Source of the DNA: Chrysomallon squamiferum
Lineage: Eukaryota > Animalia > Mollusca
Reading direction: 5' to 3'
Length of the DNA stretch: 64,000 nucleotides
Assembly (NCBI GenBank): GCA_012295275.1
Contig: CM022674.1
Location: 4,278,001 to 4,342,000, forward strand
Below, piece after piece: positions 59,437-64,000 of the stretch. Below the pieces are notes generated by a model. That model searched no databases, had not been told where the DNA came from, and saw only the letters and a program-made list of their open reading frames with translations. Within the stretch, counting starts at the first letter, position 1. Each line of letters starts with the position of its first letter. Both the position numbers and the translations under genes were made by a program.

Positions 59437-61148
59437 CTTCTTCTGATGATGATGATGATGATGATGATAACAAAAATAATAATTCGGTTACTGAAGTTTC
59501 AGGGACTGTCGTTAATAAATTTTCTGCGTGAACAATCCTTTAATCCAAATCTTTGGAGAAATTAGGAGTGGATTTCAGCTTTCCTTTCGTTTCAGGAAAA
59601 TGTGATAAAATAACAGAAACTAAACACATAACAACGCTTATACCGATTTTGCAACAACAACCGATAAAAACAATAACAGATATTTTCGAGATTTTTTATT
59701 ATAAAATTCTACATCGTGTGAAACTGCTGTATCTAAAGCTGTTAGAATCTAGAAGTTTCTAAGCTACGAATTGTTATAAACATGTTATTGCTAAGTGTCC
59801 AAAATTAATAGCTTGACAGTTATATTTAAATTAATATTTACAGAGAAAGAGAGAGAAAACAAAAAATCTGTTGTTGAACAAACTGTCAGACGTTATAAAA
59901 ATAATTTTATTTTATACTTTTGTGTAACTTCACCTAATGATTAGAAAATGTTTTACTTCTCTTTTTTGTTAGAAGACATTTTATACAAATAGACAGGAGA
60001 AAACATACCAAATAAAGGTGAAGATCTTTACAGATTTGTAAAGATATTTTCTTATCACATTTGAAAATGGCGAAACAATTCGGTTCACGAAGCCAGTTTT
60101 CAAATTCGTAAACAATTACCAACTGTATTCAGTCCAGGAACATCAAATAACGGAAAATAAAAAGAATAATTTTTTTTTTTTTTAAAAATGAAATTTATAT
60201 ACGTGTAACTTTTACTGTTTATGATTCAACAATGCTAATCTAGATCCACTCCAAAAAATAAATTTTCAAACATTTCTGGAAAACACTGCACTAGATACTT
60301 TTTTCTGCATCACATTGAATATCCTCATCATGTTTGAAAAAAAAAATATATATAATATTAGTCTGGCCGCCGAAAATGTTGTAATTTGGATAAATTCAAA
60401 ATGGAAGCGAGCAGAATCTCTGATGACCATTATCTCCTAAACACTCCAATCCTTGACCATCATAGATATCTTTAAAGTGACATCAAAGAACAAAAATAGA
60501 CCACTATTTTTAATACATAGTTTATTTTTTTCAGACTGTATGCTTTCAAGAATATGTGGATTATCTTCATACTACATACTATTTATTTTGATACAGGTTA
60601 AATGGTAGACAAAACTCTTTTCTGAGTATTTCTGTTATCTTTCTAATAAATAATATTTATTTTATACAGTTTATTTCGTAGACAGTACTGTTTTCTGGGA
60701 ATTTGTGCTATCTTTATAATAAATACAGTTTACTGGATACAAGGAAATGTTTCATATTGGAAGCAATGTTTAGTAAAAACTAAAGCAGTTTTCTACTCGA
60801 AATAACAGGATAAAAAAATTGTAATTCTCAACTGGGCTCTAACAAAATCAGTGATTTATTTTGTGTAAAATCCCATGACAGTTGTACATTCTGTGCCCAG
60901 AAGAGAATTTGTACACAAATGTGATCATCGAATGTTGTTTCTCAAAAACTGAAACGCATTTTTCTGTTTAGAAGATAACCACCAAGATAAAAAGGAAGAA
61001 AGAGACAGAGGAAAGACACACACACACACACGCACACACACAGAGAAAAAACAAAAATAATAAAAACAAACAAATTGAGACAGACAGTGAGATACATAAA
61101 TATACAGATACAGAGAAAGAACAAGATATAGATGTATAAAGATTGATA

Positions 61149-61257
<109 letters not shown>

Positions 61258-61590
61258 AGAGAGAGAGAGATACAGAGAGATAGAGTAAGTGATTAGCACT
61301 TTTTGTTGCTTATACCGTTTGAAAAAAAAATACTCGAAACAAAAGAGGTAACCCCACACCCCAAAACCCAGTCTCCACGCTTGCTGACCACCACGTTGAT
61401 GCTGAGGGTGGCTGTGTCGATGATGTTGTTGATTATGTCCACGGCAGTCTTTGCAGAACAAAAACTGTGCATGAGTGTAACCGTCAAATGCTGTTTGTGA
61501 AAGACCGATGCAGATTTGTCTTTTTGTGGAATGTCATTATCACTGCCACGTTCTATAACCGAGCCATCTGCTGCGAGAAAGACTATGTCG

Positions 61591-61604
61591 GTTGCCATGA
61601 CAAC
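61591..61604. promoter_or_regulatory. RFX X-box motif (duplicate copy 1)
   Basis: GTTGCCATGACAAC. Confidence 0.55.
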
Positions 61605-61622
61605 CTACCAAGGTTCTCTGGG

Positions 61623-61658
61623 ATGGAATCTTCTCAAGGCTGTGGCAGAAGGTCATCG
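61623..61658 (+). CDS. Paralogous copy of the candidate first exon (MESSQGCGRRSS): alternative first exon or decayed duplicate
   Basis: Aligns without gaps to 63174-63209. GGGATGG context, 12 codons, weaker donor GTAAAT (61659-61664), X-box GTTGCCATGACAAC 18 nt upstream. Confidence 0.22.
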
Positions 61659-61718
61659 GTAAATAGCTTCTTACTTTGCCATTAGTTTCATTACATAGTT
61701 TATTTCTCAGTCAATACG

Positions 61719-61893
<175 letters not shown>

Positions 61894-61909
61894 TTCTCTC
61901 TCTCTGTCT

Positions 61910-61980
<71 letters not shown>

Positions 61981-62572
61981 GTTTGTATGTTCCCGTGCGT
62001 GTGTGTATGTGTATAGACACCTATATAGTATGCAAACTGCAATTTTGCTGAAAAAAGTAATGCTAACATACAAATCCATTGCAAAACTCAGTATGCTTGT
62101 GTTTTTTGTATTGTGCATTTATGAGTATATCAGTGAATATATATTAAAGCATGATAAAAATGTGTATTCTTTATTGTATATAATATTTATTTCGATTCAG
62201 CGATACAGTTCAATCCCTAGACAATTCTGTGTATTTTTATTGTGCTTATAATAAATACAGTTTACTGGATACAAGAAAATGTTTCTTTGTTAGAACCAGT
62301 CTTTATTAAAAACTAAAACAATTTTGTAGTCGAAACAACATTTATTTAAGACGTTTTATATTTGAGAGAATTCCATATCAAATTATCCATATATAATAAA
62401 ATACAAATATCAATATATATATATACGTATATGTACATGTGAGTGTTTGCGTATGTGTCTTTTCTGTGTGTACCTGTGTATAAGTATATAGTAGTCATTA
62501 TGCATTTTTACTGAAAAAATAATACTAATATACAAATTCTCAGTATAGCTCAGTGAGCTTGTATCTATATAT

Positions 62573-62677
<105 letters not shown>

Positions 62678-63140
62678 GAGAGAGAGAGACATCACGTAAC
62701 TAGGAATTTTTTGTCTGAACTTTTTGAAAGAAATGTCTCTTCACCGAATTGTCTTTTTTCTTTTTGTAGGTTTTAGAGCTAGAGTTAAATCTGAATAAAG
62801 AGGTAAAAAAAAAAAAAAAAAGAAAGAAAAAATCGTATATAAAAGTTTTTAGCCAAAAAAAAGTGATGTATTTTGTGCGAAGTCTTGCGGGAGTCCATTT
62901 TTATGTAACCAGTGCTTGAACATTTGCTGATCACCACGATGATGCTGATGACTGTGCCGATGATGTTGTTGGTTATGTCCACGGCAGTCTTTCATTTTGT
63001 TCGCAGAACAGAAAACATGCATGAGTTTAAACATCGAATGTTGTTTGTGAAACATTGATACAGACTGTTTTTCTGAAAGATCATTATCGCTGCTAGCATG
63101 TTCTACAACAACATCGTCTGCTGCGGGAACGAGGCTGTCT

Positions 63141-63154
63141 GTTGTCATGACAAC
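63141..63154. promoter_or_regulatory. RFX X-box motif (duplicate copy 2), perfect palindrome
   Basis: GTTGTCATGACAAC. Confidence 0.6.
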
Positions 63155-63173
63155 CGAAGAAGACGACTCTGGG

Positions 63174-63209
63174 ATGGCGTCTTTTCGAGAAGGTTGCAGA
63201 AGTTCATTG
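63174..63209 (+). CDS. Candidate short first coding exon (MASFREGCRSSL) of a gene continuing beyond the right edge
   Basis: GGGATGGCG Kozak context, 12 codons, then strong donor GTAAGT (63210-63215). Palindromic X-box GTTGTCATGACAAC lies 19 nt upstream. No downstream in-frame exon found in the window, so unconfirmed. Confidence 0.35.
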
Positions 63210-64000
63210 GTAAGTAGCGTTTTACGTTGGAAAGAGTTATTTTCTTTATCTACAGAAGAAAAAAAAAAGAAGTTAATGAAAAACTGATTATTCCATAACG
63301 TTAGGTAATGTTAACGCGTATGTATATGGTTTTAATTTTAAAGTATCGAGTGAATGAATGTATCTATGAATGTTTGATTTATTTCAGAAAAGGAAACATA
63401 GAGAAAGAATACTGTAATAATTTCTTTTAAGAAATTAGCTGATAAGTATAATAATGAACAATTTTATGAATCGTTGCATATTGAACTAAGTAATAAAAAA
63501 AATAAAAAAGATGAATTAGTTAAAGGACAAAATATGAAAAGACTGAGATATTAAATAAATTCATGGATTAACTGAATAGACATTTTGACTTATTTGTTGA
63601 TTTTCGTTTTAGTATTTCTATTGTTCAGTTATTTTCTATTTACTTTTTAATTTCATTTATCCGTTATCCAACATAAATTTGCTGTAAGAAAATACAAGTC
63701 GAAACAAAACAAAAAAGGAAAGAAAATAAGAGTTAAAATGTTAATAACAAGAACAACAACAACAAATACTAATACCCGCAAAAATGTGGCGTGTGTTAAA
63801 CTGAGAACATTTGATTTCATATCAGTGGTGAGACCGATTTATTTAATGTGTACAGTAAAGAAATATAAAATAAATAATGGAAGAATCAAACGAACAATCA
63901 AACTATAGAACGAAAGAATAACGAAGTGAACAACAGACAACATTCTTACGATAACAAAATATTGTAATATTGAATTTACTTACGAGGCACTCCAAATACT

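Noticed and set aside
61303-61500. Apparent secreted Cys-containing peptide (MMLLIMSTAVFAEQKLC...KCCL-TGA), possibly a selenoprotein or toxin
   Set aside because: The paralogous copy has a frameshifting insertion at about 62993, no SECIS was recognised, and the hydrophobic leader derives from degenerate GAT/GTT repeats.

Overview
Eukaryotic, very AT-rich, microsatellite-dense genomic DNA, probably from an invertebrate such as a mollusc or other lophotrochozoan (inferred from repeat content, a Meta-domain SINE relic and the GPCR type). Only two clearly protein-coding segments are present, arranged head-to-head about 34.6 kb apart. One is the first coding exon of a class C GPCR of the metabotropic glutamate receptor family, with mXR/mangetout-type signatures (minus strand, 22313-22742), followed by an intron that runs off the left edge of the window. 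The other is an intronless class A orphan peptide-receptor-like GPCR (plus strand, 57388-58545). Almost all other ORFs in the track are simple-repeat artefacts. The main unexplained signals are: (1) two nested long-range inverted repeats, 2.3-2.6 kb apart, in the class C receptor intron, whose only mismatches are G-U wobbles in the pre-mRNA orientation; (2) a tandemly duplicated module of RFX X-box, Kozak ATG, 12 codons and splice donor near the right edge; (3) several further X-boxes around the class A GPCR, one overlapping its start codon; (4) CRE-motif clusters in the intron. All family assignments are from recalled motifs, not database searches.
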